Made by a program: the position numbers and the translations under genes. A DNA stretch of 64,000 nucleotides from Chloroflexota bacterium (GTDB taxonomy: Bacteria > Chloroflexota > UBA11872 > VXOZ01): the NCBI GenBank assembly GCA_964291655.2, contig OZ219801.1:672001-736000 (forward strand), read 5' to 3'. Shown here piece by piece: positions 10,635-20,014 of the stretch. Numbering within the stretch: the first letter of the stretch is position 1; each line of letters starts with the position of its first letter. The notes below the pieces were generated by a model. It saw nothing but the letters and a program-made list of their open reading frames with translations. It was not told the origin of the DNA and ran no database searches.

Positions 10635-10741
10635 GATTCTCGTTCTCCTATTACTTGCGCTGCGCGGCATTAGCGCTTAGCTATTGTCCTGGGCAGCGAA
10701 CAGTGTTTGGAATCCAATTCAAACAGCTCAATGGCAAAACA

Positions 10742-10773
10742 AGAAGCCAGCTAGTTTATCCTAGCTGGCTTCT
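10742..10773 (-). terminator. Intrinsic terminator downstream of the SBP gene
   Basis: AGAAGCCAGCTAG/CTAGCTGGCTTCT 13-bp stem followed by TGTTTT on the minus strand. Confidence 0.7.
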
Positions 10774-10897
10774 CAAGAATCTTCCAAGTAACGGTTTGGC
10801 TACGTGCCTGTTTGGGCGCTCACAGCCTTAGGGGGATGCGAATCATCACTGTCCCGCGCTGAAGTCAAGCCGGTTCGCGCCGCTGAACTGACCTGCC

Positions 10898-12271
10898 TTA
10901 GCCGCCCATGCGCGCGATGTCAGCCTCAAGCTGCACCTGCGCAATGTCCTGGATGATCTTCATGCCTTCCTCGGCAGTCAGCTCGCCGCGCCACACCGGG
11001 TGGAAACCATCGCTGAAGAGCTGAGCCTGGAAGCCACCGTAGCCCGATGGCAGACCGGGATAGCGGCCGCCGTATTCCAGTTCCGCCGCAAACGTGGCGT
11101 AGTCCGGATCATCGGCAATGAGGCCCTGGTAACCTTCGTGGTTCAGAACGGACCTACTCACCGGCAGGTTCGTGCCGCCGGAAGCCCTGATGACGAAGAC
11201 TTGGGCGTCAGCCGAAACGGCGTACTGTGCAAACCGCAGCGACGCATCCAGTATGTCGGCGTTATCCTGTACGAACACCGCGACGTTCTGGCCGCCGTTG
11301 GGCGCGTGGCGCTTGGTCTGAATCGGCGTATGGATGACCTTGAAGTTGTCGCCGCGCTGGCGGAGCGTCGGCAAGCGGTACGGGCCCTGCGACTCAAAGA
11401 CCGTCTTGCCGTCGTGGAACAACTCGCCGCCCCACTCGTCCTTATACGGCGCGAGTTGGTAGGCGTTCATCCAGTCGCTAATCATCTGGGTGGCCCAGAT
11501 CGCCTCTTCGGAATCAAAGTTCCAGCGTGTCTGTTCCTCGTTCAGCCATGTGAAACCGGCGCTGCCGGCAACCTGGTCCCAGCGGCTGAGACTGCGCGGG
11601 TGATAGTCCCAACCCCACACGTCGGGCGGATTCGCGGCTTTTTGGGCCGCCTCCAACATGTCTTCCCAGGTCCAGCCCTCTTCCGGATCGCTGACACCGG
11701 CCGTGGAAAGGATGTCCGGATTCCAGATCATAATGCTGTTGTTGGTATTGATCGGCAGACCGGTCAGCTTGCCTTGCCAGGTGGTACTAAGGGTCATGCC
11801 CTCAAAGTAGTCAGCGCGCTGATCGGTCCAGCCGGGGAAGCGCTTCAGCTCTTCCTCGTGGTCCACCGTCACGCCGGCGGCAAAGAAGTTGGTGCTGTCC
11901 GGCCAGGCATGCCAGTGCAGTCCAGGAGGTACGCCGCCCGCTGACGCGGTCTTCGCTTCGTCCGCACCCTTGCCGGGCACGATTTCTACGAGGATATTGT
12001 CCTCGTTCTCGGCGTTATACTTGACGACCATGTCGGATAGGCCCTGCACCTGCGGGTGCAGTCCGGCGGCGCCAAAGCCAATGTACGACCAAAACGAAAT
12101 GATGGTGCGCCCATCGGACATGCTCATCGACTCTTCAGCCGCGGGGGCCTCGGCTTCCTCGGCCGGCGCGTCTACCGGCGCCACGCCCTGGCCGCACGCC
12201 GCCAAGAAGGCGGAACCAAGTCCGGCTACCGCACTGCCGTATAGAAACTTTCGACGACTAATACGCTGCAT
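10898..12271 (-). CDS. ABC transporter sugar-binding lipoprotein (Tat signal)
   Basis: SRRKFL, LAAC lipobox, WTWED; GGAGGAG RBS. Confidence 0.88.
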   Translation of the reverse strand: MQRISRRKFLYGSAVAGLGSAFLAACGQGVAPVDAPAEEAEAPAAEESMSMSDGRTIISFWSYIGFGAAGLHPQVQGLSDMVVKYNAENEDNILVEIVPGKGADEAKTASAGGVPPGLHWHAWPDSTNFFAAGVTVDHEEELKRFPGWTDQRADYFEGMTLSTTWQGKLTGLPINTNNSIMIWNPDILSTAGVSDPEEGWTWEDMLEAAQKAANPPDVWGWDYHPRSLSRWDQVAGSAGFTWLNEEQTRWNFDSEEAIWATQMISDWMNAYQLAPYKDEWGGELFHDGKTVFESQGPYRLPTLRQRGDNFKVIHTPIQTKRHAPNGGQNVAVFVQDNADILDASLRFAQYAVSADAQVFVIRASGGTNLPVSRSVLNHEGYQGLIADDPDYATFAAELEYGGRYPGLPSGYGGFQAQLFSDGFHPVWRGELTAEEGMKIIQDIAQVQLEADIARMGG

Positions 12272-12300
12272 GTGCATCTCCTCCTTCGCACACTACACAT

Positions 12301-12393
12301 AAAAAAACCCGGAGCAGCATGTTTTCGCGAGAGATGTACTCTCTCGCACTGCTCCAGATTCTTAAATTAATGTATGTCTGCTACCCGTGTCAA
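12301..12393 (-). promoter_or_regulatory. Promoter plus terminator-like leader hairpin upstream of the SBP gene
   Basis: TTGACA-17-TTAATT, then a branched hairpin ending in T7 just before the RBS. Confidence 0.55.
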
Positions 12394-12542
12394 AAGAAGT
12401 GTGTAGTGGCAAGCGCTCGTGCCGCTGGGGACCGTAGGCGTAATGGGAAACTCAGCCGCCTCCGGTCAACATGGAATACCTCAAACCGCCTGATACGCCT
12501 TGGCACAAGCGATTTCCCGACGGAGATAGCGCTCCCTGAAAA

Positions 12543-12752
12543 CTAAACGCCCATCGTTCTGCGAACTTTCGCCTCGCGCCGACGCTGACGGCGAATAGCC
12601 CGTTGCAATGCCAACCGCTCTTTCTCTGCCTTGGAGCGGTAGAACCGCCGCAAGCGGACTTCTCGCATTACGCCGGACCGGTTTACTGATGAGCGAAACC
12701 GCTGCAAGAGACTTTCAAAGCTCTCACCGTCGCGCACGGTCACAGAAGACAA
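12543..12752 (-). CDS. rpsU: 30S ribosomal protein S21
   Basis: VTVRDGESFESLLQRFR...GVMREVR..RFY.SK, very basic; TTG start after AAGGAG. Confidence 0.9.
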   Translation of the reverse strand: MSSVTVRDGESFESLLQRFRSSVNRSGVMREVRLRRFYRSKAEKERLALQRAIRRQRRREAKVRRTMGV

Positions 12753-12871
12753 ATCAACCACACTCCTTATGAATTCTAGCAATCAGGCGAACACAAATCA
12801 CGCCTATACCTATCGAATCTAACCTAGGCTACCCACGATACCATACTTCTTGCTTTACAACAATCCAGGAA

Positions 12872-13846
12872 TTACACCGGCTCGCCGACGGCGCTCTCTT
12901 GCTTCATATCGCTATCCACCATCATTTGGATGAGCCCCCGAAAGTCCACGGTCGGCTCCCATCCCAGTTTCTCGCGCGCTTTCGTGTTGTCTGCGATCAA
13001 GAGGTTGACTTCCGCCGGGCGCAAGAACCGCGGGTCCGTGCCCACATATTCCTGCCAGTCCAAGCCAACGTGATCGAATGCCACTGCACACATCTCCTGG
13101 ATCGTGTGCGTTTCGCCGGTGCCGATCACATAGTCGTCTGGCTCGTCCTGTTGCAGCATGATATGCATCGCCTGCACGTAATCTCCAGCGAATCCCCAGT
13201 CGCGCTTCGGCGACAAATCGCCCATTAAGAGTTTGTCCTGCCTGCCAAGCTTGATACGCGCCGCCGCACTCGTGGTCTTGCGCGTGACAAATTCCAGACC
13301 GCGCCGCGGCGATTCGTGGTTGAATAAGATTCCCGAGCAGGCATACATGTCGTAGCTTTCGCGGTAGTTAACTGTCGTGTAGTGCCCGTACGTCTTGGCC
13401 ACACCGTAGGGACTGCGTGGGTAGAATGGTGTCGCCTCGCTTTGCGGCATTTCACGAACCATACCGAACATCTCGCTGCTCGACGCCTGGTAGAAGCGAA
13501 TGTCGCGATTTACAATGCGAACGGCTTCCAGCAGCCGCGTGACTCCCAGGCCGGTGATCTCACTCGTGAGCACCGGCTGGCGCCACGACAGGGGCACAAA
13601 GCTGATCGCGCCTAAGTTGTAGACTTCATCCGGCTGCGTGACTTCCACTGCAGCAATGAGCGAACTCTGGTCCAAGAGGTCACCTTCAATGAGTTCCAGA
13701 TTGGGAATAAGCCGCTGTACAGCTTCGGCTTTGGGGTTGTTCTGACCTCTTATCAGACCGCATACCTTATATCCCAAGCCAATGAGATGCTCGGCAAGAT
13801 ACGTCCCATCCTGGCCGGTAATTCCAGTGATCAAAGCTGTTTTCAC
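12872..13846 (-). CDS. gmd: GDP-mannose 4,6-dehydratase
   Basis: [43 protein letters not shown]. Confidence 0.96.
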   Translation of the reverse strand: MKTALITGITGQDGTYLAEHLIGLGYKVCGLIRGQNNPKAEAVQRLIPNLELIEGDLLDQSSLIAAVEVTQPDEVYNLGAISFVPLSWRQPVLTSEITGLGVTRLLEAVRIVNRDIRFYQASSSEMFGMVREMPQSEATPFYPRSPYGVAKTYGHYTTVNYRESYDMYACSGILFNHESPRRGLEFVTRKTTSAAARIKLGRQDKLLMGDLSPKRDWGFAGDYVQAMHIMLQQDEPDDYVIGTGETHTIQEMCAVAFDHVGLDWQEYVGTDPRFLRPAEVNLLIADNTKAREKLGWEPTVDFRGLIQMMVDSDMKQESAVGEPV

Positions 13847-14159
13847 GGCTGTTACCTCGTCTCAGAATGACGATAGCGCCTCGAATAGTTCGCACATGCT
13901 ACCTGCCGCCCACAAGAAATTCTGCCGCCAGGCACAAATCCCAACTTGCATCGGCCTAGCTTCAGACTCAACCTCTGCACCACGCAGCACCGCTTGAGAA
14001 AGTTTGGAAATGGCAGGCATAGCGCGCCGTTAGTGCAGCGGCGCAGAGACCCAGAGGCAGAAGCGCATGTGCACTATGGACAGGCGGTGTGGGCGAGAAA
14101 CTTCAAAGAGGCTATCTATGCATAGGAGCGATCAGGTCACGCCTTCTAATGCTATCATA

Positions 14160-14203
14160 GGTGCAATGACGCTCGCACTTGGGTGCAATGACGCTCGCAC
14201 TTG
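14160..14203. repeat. Perfect 22-bp tandem duplication
   Basis: GGTGCAATGACGCTCGCACTTG x2. Confidence 0.9.
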
Positions 14204-14313
14204 GCGCTCTGCTCGATGACTCGGGTACGCAAGCTCGGTGTATCCCACGGTACTGCTCAAGGACGCTCGTGATAGTCTCTGCCTGCCACTGCGTGAGCCT
14301 CGGAGAATAGCTT

Positions 14314-14568
14314 ATGGCTGAAGAACGGCAACCGTTGACGTATACGGTGGAGACTGCACGCGGCGTGCGCACGCTCGCGTTTCCCGCTGAGATCGTGGCG
14401 CAGGGCCGCGGCGTGCCGCGCACCGTTAGGTGCTACGCCGTGACGGATGAAGTCCGCATGGTACGGATTGAAGCGCGACGCGCGGACGGCCTGCGCTTCA
14501 ACGTGCTCGACGAGTACAATCAACCGCTCAACGATGCCCCGGTACAGTGGGAAATCATCTGGCGGTGA
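14314..14568 (+). CDS. Hypothetical protein (84 aa)
   Basis: GGAG RBS, ATG start, protein-like composition. Confidence 0.6.
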   Translation: MAEERQPLTYTVETARGVRTLAFPAEIVAQGRGVPRTVRCYAVTDEVRMVRIEARRADGLRFNVLDEYNQPLNDAPVQWEIIWR

Positions 14569-14676
14569 GCGGCTGCGCACCGCACAGAACGTACGGGACT
14601 CCATTAGCTCAATGCGGGCTGGAGCATGAATGCGCTTCTGGGACGGACGGCTGCGTAGGAAAGGATTGAGGAAGTC

Positions 14677-14988
14677 GTGAGAAAGCCGGACGAATGTCGC
14701 GACATGCAAGACATACGCGCAGAGATAGACAGAATTGACCAAGAGGTAATTCGATTGCTTGGTCGGCGGTTCGAGTACGTGCAGGCCGCGTCCCAATTCA
14801 AGACGAGCGCGACCTCCGTACGTGCGCCGGAACGCTTCAAGGCTATGCTGGAGCAACGCAGAGCTTGGGCGCAGGAAGCCGGGCTGGACGGCGGCGTTAT
14901 CGAAAACATGTACCGCGAACTGGTGAGCTACTTCATCGAGGAAGAGATGAAGAAGTGGCAAGCGGAAACGCACGAAGATCCTTCTTGA
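14677..14988 (+). CDS. Isochorismate-pyruvate lyase / AroQ chorismate mutase (PchB-like)
   Basis: DIRAEIDRIDQEVIRLLGRR..VRAPERFKAML..RRAWA...GL pattern. Confidence 0.85.
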   Translation: MRKPDECRDMQDIRAEIDRIDQEVIRLLGRRFEYVQAASQFKTSATSVRAPERFKAMLEQRRAWAQEAGLDGGVIENMYRELVSYFIEEEMKKWQAETHEDPS

Positions 14989-15249
14989 CTTAGTTTGCCA
15001 CGGCGTCCGGATAGTCTCAAGCCGGGAGAGTTGCCACAGCAGCACCAGCAGCTTTAGCAAATAACTGCCATGTCAGGATGTTCCGTCTAAAGGAATCTTG
15101 CTCTAGGCACTACTCCATAGAGCCGGCCAAGTGTACCTCATAACCAATCTTGGTAGATGAAAGACGAGACCAGTCACGTCACTTCCGTATCACCTCATCC
15201 TGTGACAATGTAGATTAGGTCTGCTCTGTAGCGCGCAAGGCTCCGTTTT

Positions 15250-15762
15250 GTGTCCGCACCAACTATCAACTCACTCCAACGTCGCATTGCGAAGCGTCTG
15301 ACAAGGCGAAATGAGACACTTGCTTGCGTCGAGATCGAGAGTGGCGGTCTCGTCTCCCGCAGCCTAACCTCAGTGCCGGGCAGTTCTGCCTACTTTGCCG
15401 GCGCTCTCATCCTTGCGGCAGATGCCGCACTATGGCCCCAAGCGATCACGAGTGACGGGAGCTGGCAGCATGAGCCGCCTGGCAGTCACATTCGACTTGA
15501 CGGTGCGGCCGCGGCCGCGCAGCAGGCGTTCGGCGCGCACTGGGGTCTGGCAGTGGAGTGCGTGCCTGCGATGAATGCGGACTCAGTCCATCTTGCGCTG
15601 CGCACGCCTAACGGCAGTTCAGTGCTCGAAGTTATGTCGCCTCGTGCTGAAACAATATCGACCGCAGAGAGCGCAGAACTTTCGCATGAGGAACGACTGG
15701 TACAATGCATCCTGAGGTGTTTTGCAAACCGCCTGCAGGAGATCTGTGAGAATCTGCCATGA
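15250..15762 (+). CDS. CinA/PncC C-terminal-domain-like protein, degenerate active site
   Basis: GGLVSRSLTSVPGSSAYF resembles CinA; ESCTGG is replaced by EIESGG. Confidence 0.65.
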   Translation: MSAPTINSLQRRIAKRLTRRNETLACVEIESGGLVSRSLTSVPGSSAYFAGALILAADAALWPQAITSDGSWQHEPPGSHIRLDGAAAAAQQAFGAHWGLAVECVPAMNADSVHLALRTPNGSSVLEVMSPRAETISTAESAELSHEERLVQCILRCFANRLQEICENLP

Positions 15763-16028
15763 TGCGCGCCACCTATGAACGCAATGCGCTTCTTCTCCAA
15801 GTTGAGACCTACGACCTGGAGGGAGTCGACCACTACAAGCTGATGTTGGTCTGGCAAGAGGACCGGCACACGATTCACGAAGTGCACCTCGCGGCTCAAG
15901 AGGTCTACGCCGGCCCTCAAGCCGGCGACCGGGTTACACTCACGTATCTCATGGACACGCCCCTACGCGTCAAACCCTATGCGGATCCTTCACCATCCAT
16001 GGTCCCCCCTTCCGACTCGAAGTCGTAA
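15759..16028 (+). CDS. Hypothetical protein (89 aa)
   Basis: ATGA overlap with the previous gene; beta-rich composition. Confidence 0.55.
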   Translation: MMRATYERNALLLQVETYDLEGVDHYKLMLVWQEDRHTIHEVHLAAQEVYAGPQAGDRVTLTYLMDTPLRVKPYADPSPSMVPPSDSKS

Positions 16029-16129
16029 GTTTGCATGTTTTCAGATATTGTGGACTGCCTTCATGGCTTCAAGTACAGCCCGGATTGCAGACACAAGCAG
16101 AGCACGCTAATGCGCAAGAAGGAGCACCC

Positions 16130-17260
16130 ATGCCGACTATAGACAGTATCGAAGTCTACTCGTTTACGCTGCCGTTCAAGGGTCTGTTCAAAACGTCACG
16201 GGGGACCGTCGGCAGCGCGGCAGCGGGACGCCCAATCATCTTGACAAAGCTGACCGCAAGTGACGGCACCATCGGCTGGGGGGAGGGATCGCCTTCTCAC
16301 ACCTGGTCGCCGGAGACGCGAGAGTCTGTGATAGGCGTTCTCAAGGACCATTTCGTTCCGGCAGTGATCGGCTTACCGCTGGCGGACTTTGATGGTCTTC
16401 ATCAAGCTATGAACGGCGCGATTGCGCCCCTCTGGGGACTGAGTATGCCGATTGCACGCGCCGCTATCGATGTTGCGGCCCATGACGCGCTGGCGAGGCA
16501 CTATGGTGTGCCATTAATCGACCTCTTCGCGCACCGGCGAGCAGATCGCGTGCGCCTGAGCTGGACGGTGACCGGCAGCACGCCGGCGGAAGTGGAAGAG
16601 AGTCTCAGCGAAGCCGCAGAGCGCGGCTATCGGAGCTGCAACATAAAGGTCGGCGGCACCATGGACTGGGACGTGCAGATGTGCGAACTCGTTAGGAACG
16701 CTTTTCCCGATGGCTTTCTCTGGGCCGACGCCAACGGCGGCTTTCCGCCCCATGAGGCACACCAGCGCATGCATGCCTTGGTTGACGCGGGCGTGGACTT
16801 GCTCGAACAACCGGTAGCGCCGGATAGGCCGGACGTCTCAGCGCAGATTGCCGCAGCATCGCCGATCCCCATTGCGTTAGACGAGTCCATTTCCGGCCCG
16901 GTGCCGCTGTTGACGATGATCAAGCAGAACGCGCTGACTGCCTATACGTTCAAAGTGACACGGACCGGCGGTCTCTGGCCCAACCGCATCTGCGCGTCGC
17001 TCGCCGATGCCGCCGGGTTCATGCTGGTGTGCAGCGGCCTCACCGAGTGCAGTGTGGCATTCGCCGCCAGTGTGCACCTCGCCGCGGCGTGGGGCATCGC
17101 GCACCCCTGCGCCCTCAACGGCCCGCAATTCTTAACCGACGATATTGCGGCCAAGGCGCTGCCCCGGGAGGGCGACGCGGCCCTCCTCACCGACGAACCA
17201 GGACTGGGCATCGAGGTGGACGAGGACAAAGTCCGGCATCTTGCCGCGCAGGAGGCATGA
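16130..17260 (+). CDS. Mandelate racemase/muconate cycloisomerase family enolase
   Basis: GWGE, NIKVG, DANG, EQP, DES, KVTRTGG; ATG after AAGGAG. Confidence 0.9.
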   Translation: MPTIDSIEVYSFTLPFKGLFKTSRGTVGSAAAGRPIILTKLTASDGTIGWGEGSPSHTWSPETRESVIGVLKDHFVPAVIGLPLADFDGLHQAMNGAIAPLWGLSMPIARAAIDVAAHDALARHYGVPLIDLFAHRRADRVRLSWTVTGSTPAEVEESLSEAAERGYRSCNIKVGGTMDWDVQMCELVRNAFPDGFLWADANGGFPPHEAHQRMHALVDAGVDLLEQPVAPDRPDVSAQIAAASPIPIALDESISGPVPLLTMIKQNALTAYTFKVTRTGGLWPNRICASLADAAGFMLVCSGLTECSVAFAASVHLAAAWGIAHPCALNGPQFLTDDIAAKALPREGDAALLTDEPGLGIEVDEDKVRHLAAQEA

Positions 17261-18279
17261 CCGCCATGGCAGAGCGCGCTCCCATACGCACTATTCACGT
17301 TGGCGTTGGACGCCGTGGACGGTGGCCGCTGGAAGTGCTTACTGCCGATCCACGTTTTCAGCCTGTAGCCCTCGTCGACGTTTCTGCAGAATTGCTCGTA
17401 GAGACCCGGGCGCTGACGGGTCTGGACGAGGCGGCTTCATTCTCGCAACTCGAAGCGGCACTGGCAGCCGTCCCCGCCGACGCCGTCATCATCTGTACGC
17501 CCACGGCATTTCACGGCCCTTTGGCACGGCAAGCATTTCAGGCCGAGAAGCACGTGCTCGTAGAAAAAGGCATGACGACGAACTGGCAAGATGCCGTCGC
17601 GCTGGTCGCCGAGGCAGAGAGCGCCGACGTGAGATTCTGCGTATCGCAGAACTACCGCTACCGGACGGAAGTGCAGACGCTGAAAGCCGCTGTTGCCAGC
17701 GGCGCTTATGGCACGCCCCACCTCATCGACCTCGTCCATCACCGCTACCGGCCCACGCCCCGCACATTGGACTACCACTTTGCAATGGTATGGGACATGA
17801 GCGTGCACCACCTCGACAATTTGGTCTTCTGCTTTGGGCTGGTTGCCGAAGTCTCGGCCCGCAGTTTCACGGCGCCCTGGTCGCAGTATTCCCACGACGC
17901 GGGCGTCTCCGGCGTGCTCCACTTTGCGAGCGGGGCCGTTGCCACGTACGCCATGTCGCACATTGCCAGTTTCAACGACTACCGCTTTGTCGTGCAATGC
18001 GCTGAGGGAGTGCTCACCTGGGACGGGACAGACTGGCAGTGGCAGGAAGCGCCGCAGGCAGACTTCGGCAAAGCGCAACCGCCGCAGCCCGTGCCGCATG
18101 CACCGGTGCCCGCTCGCAGCGAACAAGGCGTCATCGACGCCTTCTACCAGTACATCGCGAAAGGCGTCGAGCCCGGCATCAGCGGACGCAACAACCTGGA
18201 AGTGCTCCGCGCCTGCGAAATGCTCTGCCGCTCCAGCCAAGAACAGCGCACCGTACGGAGCGATGAAGTGCGCCCATAG
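17257..18279 (+). CDS. Gfo/Idh/MocA family oxidoreductase
   Basis: HVGVGRRG, KHVLVEK, DMSVHHLD; ATGA overlap with the enolase gene. Confidence 0.88.
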   Translation: MTAMAERAPIRTIHVGVGRRGRWPLEVLTADPRFQPVALVDVSAELLVETRALTGLDEAASFSQLEAALAAVPADAVIICTPTAFHGPLARQAFQAEKHVLVEKGMTTNWQDAVALVAEAESADVRFCVSQNYRYRTEVQTLKAAVASGAYGTPHLIDLVHHRYRPTPRTLDYHFAMVWDMSVHHLDNLVFCFGLVAEVSARSFTAPWSQYSHDAGVSGVLHFASGAVATYAMSHIASFNDYRFVVQCAEGVLTWDGTDWQWQEAPQADFGKAQPPQPVPHAPVPARSEQGVIDAFYQYIAKGVEPGISGRNNLEVLRACEMLCRSSQEQRTVRSDEVRP

Positions 18280-18332
18280 GAGACTTTTGCGTAACCGTAG
18301 CGGAAGCGAGAGAGTTCCCTCTCCCTCAGACG

Positions 18333-18856
18333 GAGACCTTTGCATAACCCCACTTTCAAGCAGGGGCACTCCCTCTCCTGGGGATGTACAGACTGGGCTG
18401 ATAGGTAACAGGTGTTCGGGTTGATAGGTTACACATTGTACTGATTGACACCTTCGGGCGCTTTAGGTTGGGCAGAGAAATAGACGTTCCAGGCACCACG
18501 ACATACTCATGTTCAGTTCGTGAGCTGGTGCCAGGGGAAAAACCGTATCCATAAGGGTATTGAGTTGGTCTAACTTCCATGGCATGGACACTGCATACAA
18601 CGAAAACTCCCATATTCGATGGTGTAACCTATCAACCCGAACATGTGTTACCCATCAACCCGGTCTATACAGGGGAGAGGGTTGGGGTGAGGGGGTCTTT
18701 TGTTACAATGGCCCTTTACGCTGGGCAGTGTCAAGACGTATCAGGGCAGATTCGGTGTGCATATGGAAAGATTCAGGAGATCCACCCTCACCCTAGCCCT
18801 CTCCCGTCGAGGGAGAGGGAACTATTTCGCTACCGCTTGAGTTGCGCAAAGGTCTC
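18333..18856. mobile_element. Inner copy of the same MITE family in opposite orientation, carrying an inverted REP pair
   Basis: Ends GAGACCTTTGCATAAC / GTTGCGCAAAGGTCTC, flanked by direct CTCAGACG at 18325-32 and 18857-64. Confidence 0.75.
18385..18671 (-). mobile_element. Internally deleted IS481-family-like element (MITE)
   Basis: TGT...ACA ends, about 50-bp imperfect TIRs, GGGGA target duplication, MPWK and GAWNVYF transposase-like remnants on the minus strand. Confidence 0.8.
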
Positions 18857-19059
18857 CTCAGACGGGAGAGGGAGTGCCCCTGTCTGTAGGTGGGGTCATG
18901 CAAGGGTCTCCATAGGCTCATTGACCTCTTGGATGCATAAATGGATCTGGGGAATGTCGCAGGCCTGCCCCGTGTCAATGTTCACAAAGAATTCACATTC
19001 TAGGCCTAGAATGTCGACGAAGCAATCGCCGAATATGAGGAGAAGTGTCAGCACATATC

Positions 19060-19716
19060 ATGAAGACTCGCTTGCTTGTGTGCCTAGCCGGACTTGCCAT
19101 GCTTGTTTCCTGCGCGTCCCAAACTGAGTTTCAGTCCGAAGTGACCATCACACGCGCGGCACAACCAACGGAAGTGCCGACACCTGCGACACTACCATCG
19201 GCGGTGCCGACGCCTGCGGCACAAGCTACGGAAGTGCCGACGCCTGCGGCACAACCGGCTGTCCCAACGCCCTCCGCCGAAAGTCTCATCATGCTGCAAG
19301 ACCCGCTCGACGAGCCGGAGTTCTATTGCGTCGACGTCGCGGGTTTTGGCAGCAATCTGAATCTGAACGCTCCGCTCCAAGCCCACACGTGCAAGCCCGG
19401 CGCCGACGATGAACTTTTCATTTTCAACCATCCCGCACCGGGCCAATTCTATATGAATGCCTACGACGTGTGCCTGGAGGCGGGCGAAGGAATGCTGTAC
19501 GTGAAAACATGTTCGGACTCTCAGAGTCAGCGATTCGTGTTCGGAAGCGATGGGAACATCAACCCGCAAGATTCGAGTCTCTGCCTTGCGGTCCAGACTG
19601 GCGAGGGACAGCCCGCCGGAGGCAGATCTCACGTGCGCCGCGATCTTTTGCTGCAAGCCTGCGCAGACGTTGAGGACAGTCACGCCCGCTGGGCGCTACC
19701 GGGTCCAAGACCGTAA
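19060..19716 (+). CDS. Lipoprotein with Pro/Thr repeats and a ricin-type beta-trefoil lectin-like domain
   Basis: LVSC lipobox, four ~10-aa VPTP repeats, CVD/CLE/CLA...QxF and W motifs. Confidence 0.8.
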   Translation: MKTRLLVCLAGLAMLVSCASQTEFQSEVTITRAAQPTEVPTPATLPSAVPTPAAQATEVPTPAAQPAVPTPSAESLIMLQDPLDEPEFYCVDVAGFGSNLNLNAPLQAHTCKPGADDELFIFNHPAPGQFYMNAYDVCLEAGEGMLYVKTCSDSQSQRFVFGSDGNINPQDSSLCLAVQTGEGQPAGGRSHVRRDLLLQACADVEDSHARWALPGPRP

Positions 19717-19812
19717 TCGCTACCTGCTGTTGCATTGTTTTCCCAGGATGTGTCCACAAAATCACCGGTGTGGTGAAGAGTGCGCCGATTCGGTGATAAG
19801 AGCGTCAATTGT

Positions 19813-19842
19813 TTGACACCCTCCTTAGCCGCCTGCTATCAT
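19813..19842 (+). promoter_or_regulatory. Promoter of the aro operon leader
   Basis: TTGACA-18-TATCAT with extended -10 TG. Confidence 0.7.
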
Positions 19843-19898
19843 GCCTCAGTACTTGCGGCGTGCCTAGCACGCTTGGCAGACGAGAAAAGGTAATTCGG

Positions 19899-19958
19899 GT
19901 GTTGGTCGCAGTCCACAACTATTATTATCTGTTTACTAAGCCGGAGGGTCCGGCTTAA
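19899..19958 (+). CDS. Putative Tyr/Phe-rich attenuator leader peptide (MLVAVHNYYYLFTKPEGPA)
   Basis: GTG start after GAAAAGG; TAT-TAT-TAT-CTG-TTT; lies between the promoter and terminator upstream of DAHP synthase. Confidence 0.7.
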   Translation: MLVAVHNYYYLFTKPEGPA

Positions 19959-20014
19959 GCAGGTACGCTTTGTCCCAGTGGACAAAGCGAGGACAGGCGG
20001 CACCCTCCGGCGAT

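Larger units (their letters stand above)
18280..18910. mobile_element. Outer MITE with GAGAC(C/T)(T/C)TTGC terminal inverted repeats
   Basis: Ends GAGACTTTTGCGTAAC / GTCATGCAAGGGTCTC, flanked by direct CATAG at 18275-79 and 18911-15. Confidence 0.75.

Noticed and set aside
18356-19127. ORFs crossing the nested repeat region
   Set aside because: They span element junctions and show no domain motifs apart from the IS481-like remnants
19990-20012. T-box riboswitch upstream of aroF (GGCGGCACC)
   Set aside because: No recognisable stem I or specifier loop; the leader peptide explains the region better
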